Positions 14,187 through 29,629 are shown, counted from the stretch's first letter. The stretch is DNA of 64,000 nucleotides from Dendrobates tinctorius (GCF_039654945.1 NW_027361688.1:1612001-1676000), one strand, 5' to 3'. The notes: generated by a model from the letters alone, not told the origin. Translations and numbers: made by a program.

Positions 14187-14732
14187 TACAGACTGGCCCC
14201 ATATCTGGAGAAAATCCCTGACCCCAGAGACCGCAAGATCCTGAGGCGGTATAGACTCAGTGCCCACAGTCTGGCCATCGAATCCGGCCGACACAGGCAG
14301 AGCTACAATCCTAGGGAGCAAAGACTGTGCCAACACTGTGACCAGGAGGCCCTGGAGAATCGACACCCACTACACTGCCCCAAATACTCAGCAGTGAGGG
14401 ACACTCACTTCAGGAGACTCTCACATCTCTTCCCGGATTTCATCACCATGAAGGAGGAAGAGAAAACATATATCCTGCTGGGGGAAGAAGAGAGCGCAGT
14501 GGAGATAGCAGCGCAATATGTGAGCCAATGTAATAGACTGCGAGTAAAACAGCCATGATATGCCATGGACTTCTGTGGCCCCCACCCTGGATCTGCCCCC
14601 ATCCACCTTTCCTACAGCCCCTACCCAACATCCCTACAGTCCCTATCCCTATATCCCTATTCCCTCTTGTACACTTGCTTTGGCAAAACTAATGTGTATT
14701 TAGTCCTGCCAATAAAGCTTCTTTGAATTGAA

Positions 14733-15655
14733 TATCCTGCTGTATACCTCCATATAGTGCTAGATCCCCTTCATATCCTGATGTATAGCTCCATATAGTG
14801 CTATATCCCCTTCATATCCTGATGTATACCGCCATATAGTGCTGCATACACTCATGTAGCGCTACATACCTTCATATACTGCTGTATATATCCATATAGT
14901 GCTCTATACTCCATAAACTGCTATATACCCTCCATATACTGCTGTATCCCCCATATAGTACTATATACATTCCATATCCTGCTGTATACCCCATATACTA
15001 CTATATACCCTCCATATCCTGCTGTATACACTATATAGTGCTTTATACTCTCTATATCCTGCTGTATACCCGCATAGTGCTATATACCCTCCATATCCTG
15101 CTGTATACCCCCATATAGTGCTATATACCCTCCATATCCTGCTGTATACCCGCATATAGTGCTATATACCCTCCATATCCTGCTGTATACCCGCATATAG
15201 TGCTATATACCCTCCATATCCTGCTGTATACCCCCATATAGTGCTATATACCCTAAATATCCTGCTGTATACCCCCATATAGTGCTATATACCCTACATA
15301 TCCTGCTGTATACCCCCATATAGTGCTTTATACTCTCTATATCCTGCTGTATACCCCCATATAGTGCTTTATACTCTCTATATCCTGCTGTATACCCGCA
15401 TATAGTGCTATATACCCTCCATATCCTGCTGTATACCCCCATATAGTGCTATATACCCTCCATATCCTGCTGTATACCCGCATATAGTGCTATATACCCT
15501 CCATATCCTGCTGTATACCCCCATATAGTGCTATATACCCTCCATATCCTGCTGCATACCCCCATATAGTGCTATATACTCTCCATATCCTACTGTCTAA
15601 CCCCATATAGTGCTATATACCCTCCATATCCTGCTGTATACCCCCACATAGTGTC
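14733..15655. repeat. Minisatellite, about 41-bp unit (dimer of about 20-bp subunits)
   Basis: Unit ATATCCTGCTGTATACCCCCATATAGTGCTATATACCCTCC. Confidence 0.95.
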
Positions 15656-15920
15656 GTGTTCTTGTAAACAATTACAGGGATGCATCAACGCAGAAGATGA
15701 GGACACTAATAGGTTAATCAAATATTTCTTGGATAAATTAAGAGTAAGTGGTGCTGATACCTACTAGTGGCCCTACCACCTGCAGTGCGTCACAGTCATT
15801 ATCTGTCCCGTTCCCGCCATCTCTGGCACTCTGTAGGTAATAGGAGCCGTAATATCGGCCTAGGATACCACGCCGTTAGGCCCTAATCGCTTATTGATTA
15901 GTCACTTTCCACAACTGTTA

Positions 15921-16200
15921 GGCTATGTGCACACACTGCAGAATCACCTGCGGGTTTTTCCCCGCGGAACCGCAGGTAAAGTGACCTGCGGTTTTCCTGC
16001 GGTTTGGCCTGCGGTTTCACACCTCTACTATTTTAAAGGTGTGAAACCACAGCGGAATCCGCAGAAACAATTGACACGCTGAAAAAAACGCAACGTGAGC
16101 ACTGCGGTTTTGAAAACCCATAGGGTTACATGGTACTGTACCATGTCTGCGGAACTGCTGCGGTTCCGCAGGGCCAAAACCGCAGCGTGTGCACATAGCC
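15921..16200. mobile_element. PIF/Harbinger-type MITE (duplicate of 248-534)
   Basis: Same TIRs and TTA TSD. Confidence 0.85.
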
Positions 16201-19140
16201 TTACGCTGTCCAACTTCTCCCTTGAAGCATGGCCCCGGTCTCCCGTGTATCGAACGTGTACTTTGGAAATCAGAGCTCACAGGATCGTCCCCTCGTCACT
16301 GGCCTGGTCATCTCTGCTCCCTCGGATTACTTAGCTCATCTCCGGTTCTGGCTACCCAGCTCTGGTAACTCATCCCCCCCAAAACCCCTTCCCCCTGTTT
16401 CTGGTTACTTGTCTCTTCGCTATATATGGTGGCCATAAACCAAACTTACGCTTCTCTAGCTTTTTTATTCCTGCTTTTAATTGATTCTTTAATAAAAATT
16501 GTTGCTTTTCTCCTGATTGTGGTTTGTGGGATCTCTTCATTGTCCTGTAAGGACTCATATGGGACTAGTTTTGTACTTGATGTTAGACGTGCTCCGTTGA
16601 TATTTGAACATTTATTGACTTACCGTAGGTATAAGTTTTTGCAAAAAAAAGTTTAAAGTGAATAACTTGAATAATAAACTCTGTTTTTTTTCTATGTTCT
16701 CTGGTTTGCTTGTGTTCCCGTCATGTCTAGTGAATAGGAAAGATTGTGGGTGGGAGGACAAGAAGACGCAGGTGACGAGAAGTGCCTGAGCTCCATTGGC
16801 TCAGCTGCCTTTATAGACACCTTCCTCAATGTAGCGGTCGTATAGTCCTATACTACATTCCACATTCACACAAGCTGCAACAAGAATTCCTAGGAACACT
16901 TGTTTCCCAATTATCAACTTTTTTTTTTGAAGAGGCCACCAATCATCCAACGAACAAGGAAAATCTATTATCAGGCAAAATGATTTTTTAACCCCTTTCC
17001 AACCTTGACATATAGTTACACCTAAGGTCACCTCCCCCTATTTGCTGCGGGCTGAGCACACAACTTTTCCGGCACATGTCATCTGATTTCCCCTAATAGT
17101 CGCGAATGGAATCCCGATCCACCTTTGGCTGCTAACATGTTAAATGCCACTGTCAATCTCTGACAGCGTCATTTAACATGCTCGCGTCGGAAGCGCATCG
17201 CATATTATTATATATTTATATAGCGCCAATTATCCCATGGCGCTTTACATGTGAAAAGGGGAAATATAGACAAGAATAATAAACATGTGTAAGACAAGGG
17301 ACACACAAGTACATAAGGAGAGGAGACCCTGCCCGCGAGGGCTCACAGTCTACAGGGAGGGTGAGGATAGAGTAGGAGAGGGTAGAGCTGGTTGTGTGGT
17401 GGTTCAGTAGACCGAGGATCATTGCAGGCTGTAGGCTTGCCGGAACAGGTCACTAATACCACCTATCGACAAATGTGTCACATGACCTTGTGTTGGTATG
17501 ACAAGCCGGGGTCTGCAGGAAACAACTGTGGATGTCATTTCCGGACAGCTATGAGTACCACCCAGCGGTCGGCGATCACAGCAAGTGAGCATTTCTGCTA
17601 CTCAGCGCAGGGCTTCAGCCGTGCTCTGTGCAGCTCAGGCGATCAGATGATTGCAGCTTCTAGTGTCCCATGGAGACTGTGAAACCAAGTGTTAATTAAA
17701 AAAAAAAAAAAAATAGCCTGTTTGTTGGGCTCTCTATGCATGTGTTGTGACAATGAAACAGCCGCGACACATGCAGCTGCGGCGGCGACCAGCTGATTAT
17801 CGGGAGCGCTCCAGGTGACCGAAGCAGCTATTTGGGATCATCACGTATCCAAAGCTAGCCGATCATCCCTATTATTGACTCATTTAATAAAAGTGGGGGT
17901 GTTCTAATTAGTACCAGCGTGGAGTTCAATTAGTGATTTCATTTATGCTGTGAAGAAGCAAGTGCCAATAATGGCCCTCTATGAAAGAAAGGCAGCAAAT
18001 GTTGGACCTGCTGATTTTAGCCCTTGGTCAGTGAGTCAAATGGGTCTTTTCCAGACATTGTACAGAAGGAGAAAGAATTTCGATCAAGGAGTTGATTAGA
18101 GAGGGGAAAACATATGAAGAAAATAATTTGCTGCTCATTTTAGATTTTTAATGCTTTAAAATGGCAATAAAAAAGAAACAAAGCACGTGGTAGGAAAAGA
18201 ACGCCAACCATTCACATAGATTATGAAGAATGACAAAGAAGCTCCCTGTGATCAGGTCCAGGGAGATCAGAGAAGATCTTCAGTCACCTGTGAGTCTTCC
18301 AACCACCAGAAGATGCCTACAGGAAGCCAAACTATGTGCAAGAAACCCTCATAAGGAACCATTGCTGATTAACAAAAAGACATGTTGAAAAGGTTATAGT
18401 TTGCCAAAGAACACATTGACCGGCGGCCTAAGGAGAAGTGGTGCAACCTTCTACACACAGATGAGAGCAAGATTGCTTTGTACTGGGTCTAAAGCCGCAG
18501 ACAGTTTGTGAGACGACACCAACACTGAGTTTCAGCAGGACAACAACCTCAAATAGGGCAGATCAACAATGTTGTGAAGAGGCCACGTAATCATCAGACT
18601 TCAGTCAGACTGAGAATTTGTGGCCTGGTCTCCTGGAGACCTCTACGGTTGTCACTGCCAGCTTGCTGTGAGCGCCCCCCAGTGGTCGGCGCTCATAACA
18701 AGTGAGCAATTCCACTACATAGAGGCGATCTGATCATCGCCTGTATGTATCAGAGCCGATCGGGCTATGGCAGATTCTAGTCTCCCATGGAGACTATTGT
18801 GGCTCTGAGAATAAGGTGAGTGAAAAATGAAAATGAAAAAACTTCGGGGGTTAAGGTTGGGGGATGCAGGGAGAAAATTCCATGTATGTGGTTAATTCAG
18901 GAAGCAAGGTGGAAGACAACATGGTTTCCTTCACAATCCCGTTCATCTAGTGCTGTATACACAGATTGTGCTGTTGATGCCTCTATGCTTTCCACCCCCA
19001 TATTCTACTGTTTACCCTCCATGTAGCTCTGTATACCGACACATGATGTAGTTTACCCTCCATGTAGCGCTGTATAACCCCTAAAAAGTATAAACTATCA
19101 CCCCATATATATGGTTTACTCACCACTACCGGATAGTTAA

Positions 19141-19439
19141 AGGGGTATTCCCAGCTCCAAGATACTATCCAATATGGAGAAGGTAGAATAATAATAGCAA
19201 ATACCTCAAATTAGAAATATAGTATAGTTTTTCGGATTTGCTGACTTTTTCCTCATGTGCAATCGTTGCAGGACCTTAGGTATCCATGTTACATAGTTGC
19301 TACTGTTGGTAATCATGGATACCTAAGGTTCTGCAATAACTGCACACGAAGAAAGAGAAATAGTAAATCAGAAGAACTATACTACATTTCTAATTGGAGG
19401 CATTTACTAATGTAGGGTCTTGGAGATGGAACTACCCCT
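19141..19439. mobile_element. T2/Kolobok-type palindromic MITE
   Basis: TTAA-AGGGGTATTCC ... GGAACTACCCCT-GTAA with an internal palindrome; a left-truncated copy lies at about 3398-3655. Confidence 0.6.
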
Positions 19440-19750
19440 GTAATCTCAGCTCCCAGCCTGACAAGAGCAGATCCACCGCTGCCATCCTGACACCACATGT
19501 TACAGAGAACAAAGAGCAGAAGAAACCATCAGCCCATGTGCTCAGCCAATCAGCACTCGGTAGGGCTATGGCTCCGCCCACAGGCAGCACCAGATTACTC
19601 CCCCCCAGGCCCTCAGTGTTAACCCATTAGTGCCTGCAATGTATCCAGCTGCAGCAGCACAGGCTGCAATCATCCCAGCCCAGGACTATCAGCTGCCCCT
19701 TCCCCCTCTCCCTCCCCAGGAGCTGTAGCTTCTCCTCAGAAGATGTGGGT

Positions 19751-20232
<482 letters not shown>

Positions 20233-21163
20233 TCAGCCCCGCCCCTTCCTCTACTGATTGGCCAATCACAGAAATGTTAGTGATTTTGAATTTCCCGCTC
20301 ATTTTTTTGTCCCCTTCTACTGGGATGACACCAACAATAGTCAGAAACCTGATTCCTCTCCCCGGTGACATCCTGCTCGGAGTAATTACAATGTGAGAGC
20401 TGGACCTGCAGATCAATCATTGACAATTATAGTGCTAGATTCTCTACATCTGTATACATAGAACAAAAGTCAAAATAAGCAACTCAAAATACCAAGGCCT
20501 CGCTCCCAGAATAGATGCATAAATGCAGAATTTGCATAAATTGATGGAATGCTCCCATAGATATAAAACACAAAGAAAAAGATGGATTACATAAACCACC
20601 AAAAGGATAAAATCCAAACATTTGATTTAATCAAAATTACCTGCACATAATATGAGCCATATACAGGATAGTGGAACCAAAGAGAGGACTAGGATGCGGA
20701 GACAGGCTGGGGCAGCGGAGGAGAGAACAGGGGACAAAAAAAATGAAACCAGGGGTAAATCAGATCATAACTCATATGAGGAAATTATATGGAAATAAAG
20801 GGTAGAGAAAAAAAAAAATCATACCCTTAAGGGGACCAGCAGGAAGACACATGGACTTTGCCAGCTACAGTGGGCGAGGAGTAATGGTGGGGGGCATAGG
20901 AGTTTGGTGGTTCATGCATTTGGTACCTTTGATTTATCACTTTTTTCTATACACTTAATTTCCCCATTTAAAAGAGTAGCACACAAACAGCCCCAGCTCT
21001 GATGTAGACGTATCCATCAGTATGTGGGGGCGATATTACTATATGTTGGTTTGGTTACATCAGTATATGGACGGTAAACATCATTGTCTTATACAGAGCT
21101 ATATAGCAGTTCTGCATCTCTCTCCCCTGTCCTCTATGTCAGAGACCCAATCTCTGCCTCCTA

Positions 21164-21960
21164 CCCTGTTTCCCCGAAAGTAGGACCCCCCCGAAAGTAA
21201 GACAGGGTGGGGGTTACGGGGGGGTCCTTCAATGTAAGGCCTCCCCCGAATGTAAGGCAGGGTTGGGGGCCGCTGTGAAATGTAAGGCCCTTACCTTTGG
21301 GCCGCCGCTGTCCCCCATTGGGTCCCCAGGCTCCAGAGGTGTCCTCAGGTGCAGCTGGGCGGGTCCAGCGCTCATGGGGTTAACTCGCCGTGTTAACCCC
21401 GCAATCCGCCCAGCTCAACAGCTCATTGGCCGCCCCTGTTCCCCACGTCACCGCCGGCCCCCGGCTCGAGCACTGATTGGTCCAGCAGCTTGGGCTGTAA
21501 TTGGCCGCCCCAGCCCCACGTCACCGCTGTTTCCCTGCTGATTGGCACAGCGTTCCCTGCAGCACAGGCCTTCCGCACCCACAGCCGCACCGCAGAGGAA
21601 AACGTCCAGCATTTAAAAACCAAGTAGGGAAACATGTACTGTATAGGGTATGGGGCTGTGTGCAGTGGGATACGGCACTGTTATGGGGTGTGGGGCTGTG
21701 TGCAGTGGGATACGGCACTGTTATGGGGTGTGGGGCTGTGTGCAGTGGGATACGGCACTGTTATGGGGTGTGGGGCTGTGTGCAGTGGGATACGGCACTG
21801 TTATGGGGTATAACAGCATGTTAATAAATGTTAATTTATTGGTTAAAAAGAAATTGTCATTTTTTTTCGGCTAGTAAGACCTCCCCCGAAAGTAAGACAG
21901 GGTGGGACTTTTTGGGGTAAAATTAATGTAAGACAGGGTCTTACTTTCGGGGAAACACTG
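21164..21960. mobile_element. TA-targeting non-autonomous Tc1/pogo-like element specific to copy 2
   Basis: TIRs CCCTGTTTCCCCGAAAGTAG / CTTACTTTCGGGGAAACACTG; TA TSD; empty site in copy 1 (CCTCCTA|TCAAC at 5419-5420); internal 4x40-bp repeat at 21651-21810. Confidence 0.9.
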
Positions 21961-22003
21961 TATCAACACAGTGTTATTCAGCTCTGCTGTAGACGGGGTG
22001 GGT

Positions 22004-22019
22004 GGCTCTTAGAAGAGCC
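22004..22019 (-). terminator. Histone 3' stem-loop of H2B copy 2
   Basis: GGCTCTTCTAAGAGCC-ACCCA. Confidence 0.95.
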
Positions 22020-22050
22020 TTTGGGTTGTGGGTGCAGAGCACAGAGCAGA

Positions 22051-23153
<1,103 letters not shown>

Positions 23154-23191
23154 GCGCTGCCACCGACCCCGTATCATCCACACAACCCAAA

Positions 23192-23207
23192 GGCTCTTCT
23201 AAGAGCC
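23192..23207 (+). terminator. Histone 3' stem-loop of H2A copy 2
   Basis: GGCTCTTCTAAGAGCC-ACCCA. Confidence 0.95.
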
Positions 23208-23855
23208 ACCCACACCGTCCCCACAGGAGCTGACGCCGCTGATCTCTGGTGTGAGCTGTTATATGGCTGAGATTCTGCGTAACACCATGTAATTTCCATC
23301 ACTGAAATCTCATATACTCAATATTGTATTATATAGAACCACACTCCATATAATGTGATAGCCTCTATATACGGCCATATGATGCTGTACACACAATACT
23401 CACATAGTGAGGAGTCTACAGATCTCCTCAGCCTGACAGGAGCCGCCGCCATGACACCACGTGTTACACTGAGAAGAACAGAGTGGAGACACAGCTGTTG
23501 GGCGGGAATTTCATATTTAGTGCTCAGCCAATCAGAATTCAGTACGGCTATGGCTCCGCCCACAGGCAGCACTTGGTGTTAACCCTTCAGTGGTCGGTGT
23601 TTCCGGCTCCCGTAGAGCAGACTGCAGCCATCCGGGCACAGCGCGGTCACCAGCCCCTCCCCCAGCAGCAGGAGCTGCGGCTTCTCCTCACATGTGGGCG
23701 GAGCACAGAGCTGTTGGGGGTTTTGAATTTCCCGCACTTATTCCTGTCATTTTCCCGCTTTTATCTCCAGGACGTTTCATCTAGTCACAGAGCAATGGCG
23801 GCGTGAGACCGAGAGAAATCACCGAGATCATCACTGGTCCGGGGAGCAAAGGGTT

Positions 23856-24365
23856 ATATCCTGCTGTATACCCCCATATAGTGCTATATACCCTCCATCT
23901 CCTGCTGTATACCCCCATATAGTGCTATATACCCTCCATCTCCTGCTGTATACCCCCATATAGTGCTATATACCCTCCATCTCCTGCTGTATACCCCCAT
24001 ATAGTGCTATATACCCTCCATATCCAGCTATATACCCCCATATAGTACTACATAACCTCCATATCCTGCTGTATACCCCCATATAGTGCTATATACCCTC
24101 CATCTCCTGCTGTATACCCCCATATATTGCTATATACCCTCCATATCCTGCTGTATACCCCCATATAGTGCTATATACCCTCCATATCCAGCTATATACC
24201 CCCATATAGTGCTGTGTACCCCCATATAGTGCTATATACCCTCCATCTCCTGCTGTGTACCCCCATATAGTGCTATATACCCTCCATCTCCTGCTGTATA
24301 CCCCCATATAGTGCTATATACCCTCCATCTCCTGCTGTATACCCCCATAGAGTGCTATATACCCA
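23856..24365. repeat. Minisatellite, about 41-bp unit (same family as 14733-15655)
   Basis: Unit ATCTCCTGCTGTATACCCCCATATAGTGCTATATACCCTCC. Confidence 0.95.
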
Positions 24366-24730
24366 AATTGTCACTATGGGGGTGCTAACCCAGGGGTGGT
24401 GGGATTCAGTGAGAGGTGACTGAGCAGGAGGCTTCCATCCCCTGTAATCTGATGGGCAGCTTTAATGGACTCCTGACATCATTGTTGAATAGTGGAGCCT
24501 GAAACTGGATCTCATATTACTACTTCTTATATCACTCGTGAGCCACATACATTTGGATCAAAGGATTTTTGGGTTTTTTTTATACATCAAAAAATCTTGT
24601 TGGCTTTTGAGTGCTGCTGCTCAGCTTTACTTTTAAACAGAATTATTATTGATATAGCACCATTGTTTCCATGGTGCTGTACATGAAAAGGGGGGGATTC
24701 ATACAAATTACATATATCACTTACAGTAAA

Positions 24731-27674
24731 CTAAGAATGACAGACTGAAGGGGATGTGCCAAGTATGCTTGCTGGAACTTCAGGGATACTGGAGGTTGAC
24801 ACATTGGGAGGTGAAACATGGGAAGGTAAAGTCAAAGGGGTAGGTGATGCTGGAGGGGGTGATGGTGGAGATACATGGACAGTTCTCCTTTTTCTTTGAA
24901 CGGTGGCTCCACTGTGGGTACACGGCCTGGTGGTGGGTGTGGTCAATGTACCCTGCGTCTGCTCGGTGTGGTGGTCTGGCGTGGTGGTGGTGGACCTCCG
25001 CGCTTGACCAGGACCCAGCGTCTGCTCGGTATGGTGGGCTCGTCTGTTGGTGGTGGACCTCCTTGTATGACCATGACCCAGCGTTTGGTCTGTGTGGTGT
25101 GGTGGACATCCTTGCATGAGCAGCACTCGATGGAGCGGTGTAGTGGCGGTCCCCAGCCCCCGGCGTGGTGTTGGGCGGCTGAGGGCATGGTGGTGGACAC
25201 ACAATGATATGCAGCAGAACTCGCTATTAGACTTGACAGCTGTGGGGCTGGTGGAAAGGCTGCCGCTGGTGGTGGCTCCATGAACCGAGTCTGCTGCATA
25301 GCATTCACATATGCTGCATTACAGTAAGCTGGAGTCCCGGCGTTGGGTTTTCTGACATGCCCTTCTCTATGGCACTAAAGAAATGTCTTGCCGGTCTCTG
25401 GAGCTCGACTTCCAGTTGTTCAAGGCGTCGGGTGACATTGGATAAACCAGTTTGCACTGTCACCCAGCACCTTGAAGCAATTCTGGAAGACCGTGCCCAA
25501 ATGTACAAACTCAGGCATGAGTGGCCTGTCCGAGCCCCGCTGGCAGGAAGAGCCATAAAAAGGAGGGGCAGAGGACTCAGACAGGGGAAGACCGGATGGA
25601 CCTGCTGCCGGTTCTCCAGACTGTGCTGCAGGCCTACTTCTTCGCTGCGGGATGTCTGGGACGGGTCCGATGGCGTTTCATGAAGGACAGATCCTGATGC
25701 CGGTCCAGGTTCTAAGGTGCTGCTATAGGTGCTGTGAAAACAAAAAAGAAAAGGAAACATTACTATACAAAAATTTCAATTTTAAATTCTCCAACTCCTG
25801 TGGATTTTAAAAATTCTGATTAGGTAAACACAACACAATGGAATCCAACAAGAAAATACTTACACTCTGCGAGCAAGGACCGGTCTCAGGAAGCTGAGGA
25901 GACGATGGTACTTATACTTCCTGGTCCTTGCCCCCAGCACCGCTTTGAACCTGGCCCTCCTGCCTCAGGTCCCTATTGAAGCGGTCCTTCATGAAACGCC
26001 ATCTAGTTTTGACTTTCTTCACTGTGAAAGGAACCAAAAAAAATATAGCAATAGCAATTTTGGCTTTGATAAAACAACCGTATGTGATGCAATTAACTCG
26101 CAGGAGTTCATCACATCACACACGGTTGAGTGATCACGGCCAACTCTGTCACTGCAGCGTTGTCATAATACTTAGGAAAGTCCTTTTGACCGCTAGCTGA
26201 GGCATTGTCCCATCCATCCCACAGCGACTTGGCCACCTCGTTCCACAGCCGCCGTATCACCACTGCGTCAGAATGCAGAGGATCACGGTTGTCCCACAAC
26301 GGAATCCGTTCATGGACAGATGTGATGAGGAGGTCGTTATTCACCTCCTCCTCGTCCCGTTGTGGAACCTAGAATTGAACGAAAGACATGAATGTTTGAA
26401 TGATATAATATTTTAACCCATTTACTCGCCAGGGTGGTTTGCATGTAAATCACCGGGCCAATTTTTACAATTATGTCCAATGTCCCTTTATGAGGTTATA
26501 ACTCTGGAACGCTTCCATGGATTCTGACATTGTCAGCGATTCTGACATTGTTTTCTCGTGACATATTGTACTTCATGAGTTGTAAAATTGCATTCATTTC
26601 ATTTTTCCATAACAGGTGATAACGGGGCGTTGGATTTACTATTTATGGCGGGTTTTTATTTTTGACAGCTGTCGCACGATAAAAGACGCTTTTTATTGTA
26701 AAAATAGTTTCTGCTGCACTATATTTTGACAGCTATAATTTTCACATATTTTGACCCACCGAGTCATGTGAGGTCTTATTTTCGGCGTGACGAGTTGACG
26801 GTTTTTTATTGGTAACATTTTCAGGCATGTGACATTTTTGATCGCTTTTTATAACAATTTTTGGGATGCAGAATGAACAAAAACCATCATTTCCAGAAAT
26901 TCTTTTGGGGGGGTACAACGTTCCGCGTGCGGTAAAATTGATATAGCAGTTGTAATGTTTGGGTCAGTACGGTTACAGCGATTCCTCATTTATGTAGTTT
27001 ATGTTTTGCCGCTTTTATGCAATTAAAGCCATTTGATATAAAAATTATTTTTGCATCACTAGATTCTGTGAGCGATAAGTTTCATTTTTTTGCTGATTAC
27101 GCTGCGTGACGGCTCTTTATTTGCGGGACAAGATGAGGTTTTCATCGGTACCATCGTTATTTATATTCCTCTTTTTGATTGGGCGATATAGCACTATTTG
27201 TATGATAATAAAGCATTATCTTTTTGTTTTTAATTTTTTTTATTTTTTTATGGGCTTCGCTACAGGGGTTAACGAACGGGACAATTTTATAAGGCGATAA
27301 TGGCAATTTCTTGTAAATTTATACCCTTTTTATAAACAATTTTTTTTACATTGTCACATACAATGTGACAGGGGGGACATAACTCATGTGACAGCTGATC
27401 TGTCACATCACACATCAATGTGACAGAGCAGCGATCTGTCACAGGCACTGCTGCAGACTTCATCATGGGGTTAAAAAAAAAAAATACACGCCGTGTTGCC
27501 ACCGATGCTCGGCCCCGAGTTGGCTGCTCCTGTCCTTCCTCACCACTTGAAGAGCTCTGTGAAGAAAAAATACAATTTTACACATGTGTAGAAGTGATAG
27601 TGAATACTTACAGTTGATAATGTACTCACTTCACTTGGTTGTCCACTGTGGGAATTCTCACTGGTTGATGCCAT
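24731..27674 (-). pseudogene. Multi-exon MADF (Myb/SANT-like) DNA-binding protein gene of a Harbinger-type transposon, disrupted
   Basis: NDLLITSVHERIPLWDNRDPLHSD...LWNEVAKSLW (26174-26368); KVKTRWRFMKDRF...YKYHRLLSFL (25864-26021, AG/GT flanked); C-terminal exon 24731-25733; candidate first exon MASTSENS at about 27612-27674; frameshifts and one mutated donor. Confidence 0.7.
26417..27470. mobile_element. Non-autonomous piggyBac-like element
   Basis: TTAA-CCC...GGG-TTAA; the interior is homologous to 60620-61570. Confidence 0.7.
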
Positions 27675-28424
27675 GAGCCTCCTAAATTCTGCAAGAAAAA
27701 TTGCACCAAAAAAAAAGTTACAATATACTGCAGGGCAAAAAAAAATTAGCTGGTATACTCCCAAAGCTGTGCTGTCCTCTCCAGAGTCAGTAGAATTGTG
27801 AAGTACAAACAATGCCCACCCACTAGATTTATGTATTTTTTTTTTTGGGGGGGGGGTGGTCTAGACAGTCCCTGCTCAGACAACGCAAGCGCACACTAAC
27901 GCAGTCGTGTGCGTGTCACTGCGCACATAAGCGCTCCCATAGACTTTAATGCGCTTTTTTACACAAGAGTGCGCATGCGTTTTCAGACTGAAAATTGGCG
28001 CCAGAAAAATGCAACATGTTGCATTTTGCGCAACACGACGCACTCAACCAGAAGACGCATGCGCTGCAAAACGCATACCAACGGGTGCAAATGCAAGTTT
28101 ATGCGTCCCACATGTTAAAGATAGGGGCGCATGGATGCGCCGCAAACGCAGTGCACAAAAACGCTAATGTGAAACCACCCTGAATGGTGTCTTTAGTCCC
28201 AGTTTTTAGAGCATCTGTACAAGCCTGTAATGTGGTTCAGTATCAGTCCATATAGATCACATCAGCCACACGACAAATATCCAGATGGCACTTACCTGGA
28301 TTAGGCACCACTTATGAATCCAGGCTGGACAAGAATATTTTTTGTAACATTTTATCATCCCTGATAATGCCAGTCAGTGCAGCAGGACAAGAGCAGCCCC
28401 AGCTCTGATGTAGACGGGGTGGGT

Positions 28425-28440
28425 GGCTCTTAGAAGAGCC
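28425..28440 (-). terminator. Histone 3' stem-loop of H2B copy 3
   Basis: GGCTCTTCTAAGAGCC-ACCCA. Confidence 0.95.
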
Positions 28441-28471
28441 TTTGGGTTGTGGGTGCAGAGCACAGAGCAGA

Positions 28472-29575
<1,104 letters not shown>

Positions 29576-29613
29576 GCGCTGCCACCGATCCCGTATCATC
29601 CACACAACCCAAA

Positions 29614-29629
29614 GGCTCTTCTAAGAGCC
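29614..29629 (+). terminator. Histone 3' stem-loop of H2A copy 3
   Basis: GGCTCTTCTAAGAGCC-ACCCA; HDE AAGAGCTG. Confidence 0.95.

Larger units (their letters stand above)
11105..14732 (+). mobile_element. 5'-truncated non-LTR retrotransposon (RTE-X-like ORF2 pseudogene) split by a Tc1-family insertion
   Basis: RT motifs PANYRGI, QAGF, DFKKAFDSV, GVRQG, LLYADD; C-terminal YRLSAHSLAIESGR...LCQHC; stop at 11498 and frameshifts; AATAAA 14711 and (TTGAA)2 tail. The clade assignment is an inference. Confidence 0.9.
24731..28180 (-). mobile_element. Partial PIF/Harbinger element (one terminus plus MADF ORF; transposase not seen)
   Basis: Terminus ...CGCTAATGTGAAACCACCC at 28180 resembles the local Harbinger MITE TIRs (GGCTACTTTCACA); AACGC-rich subterminal region. 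Confidence 0.55.
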
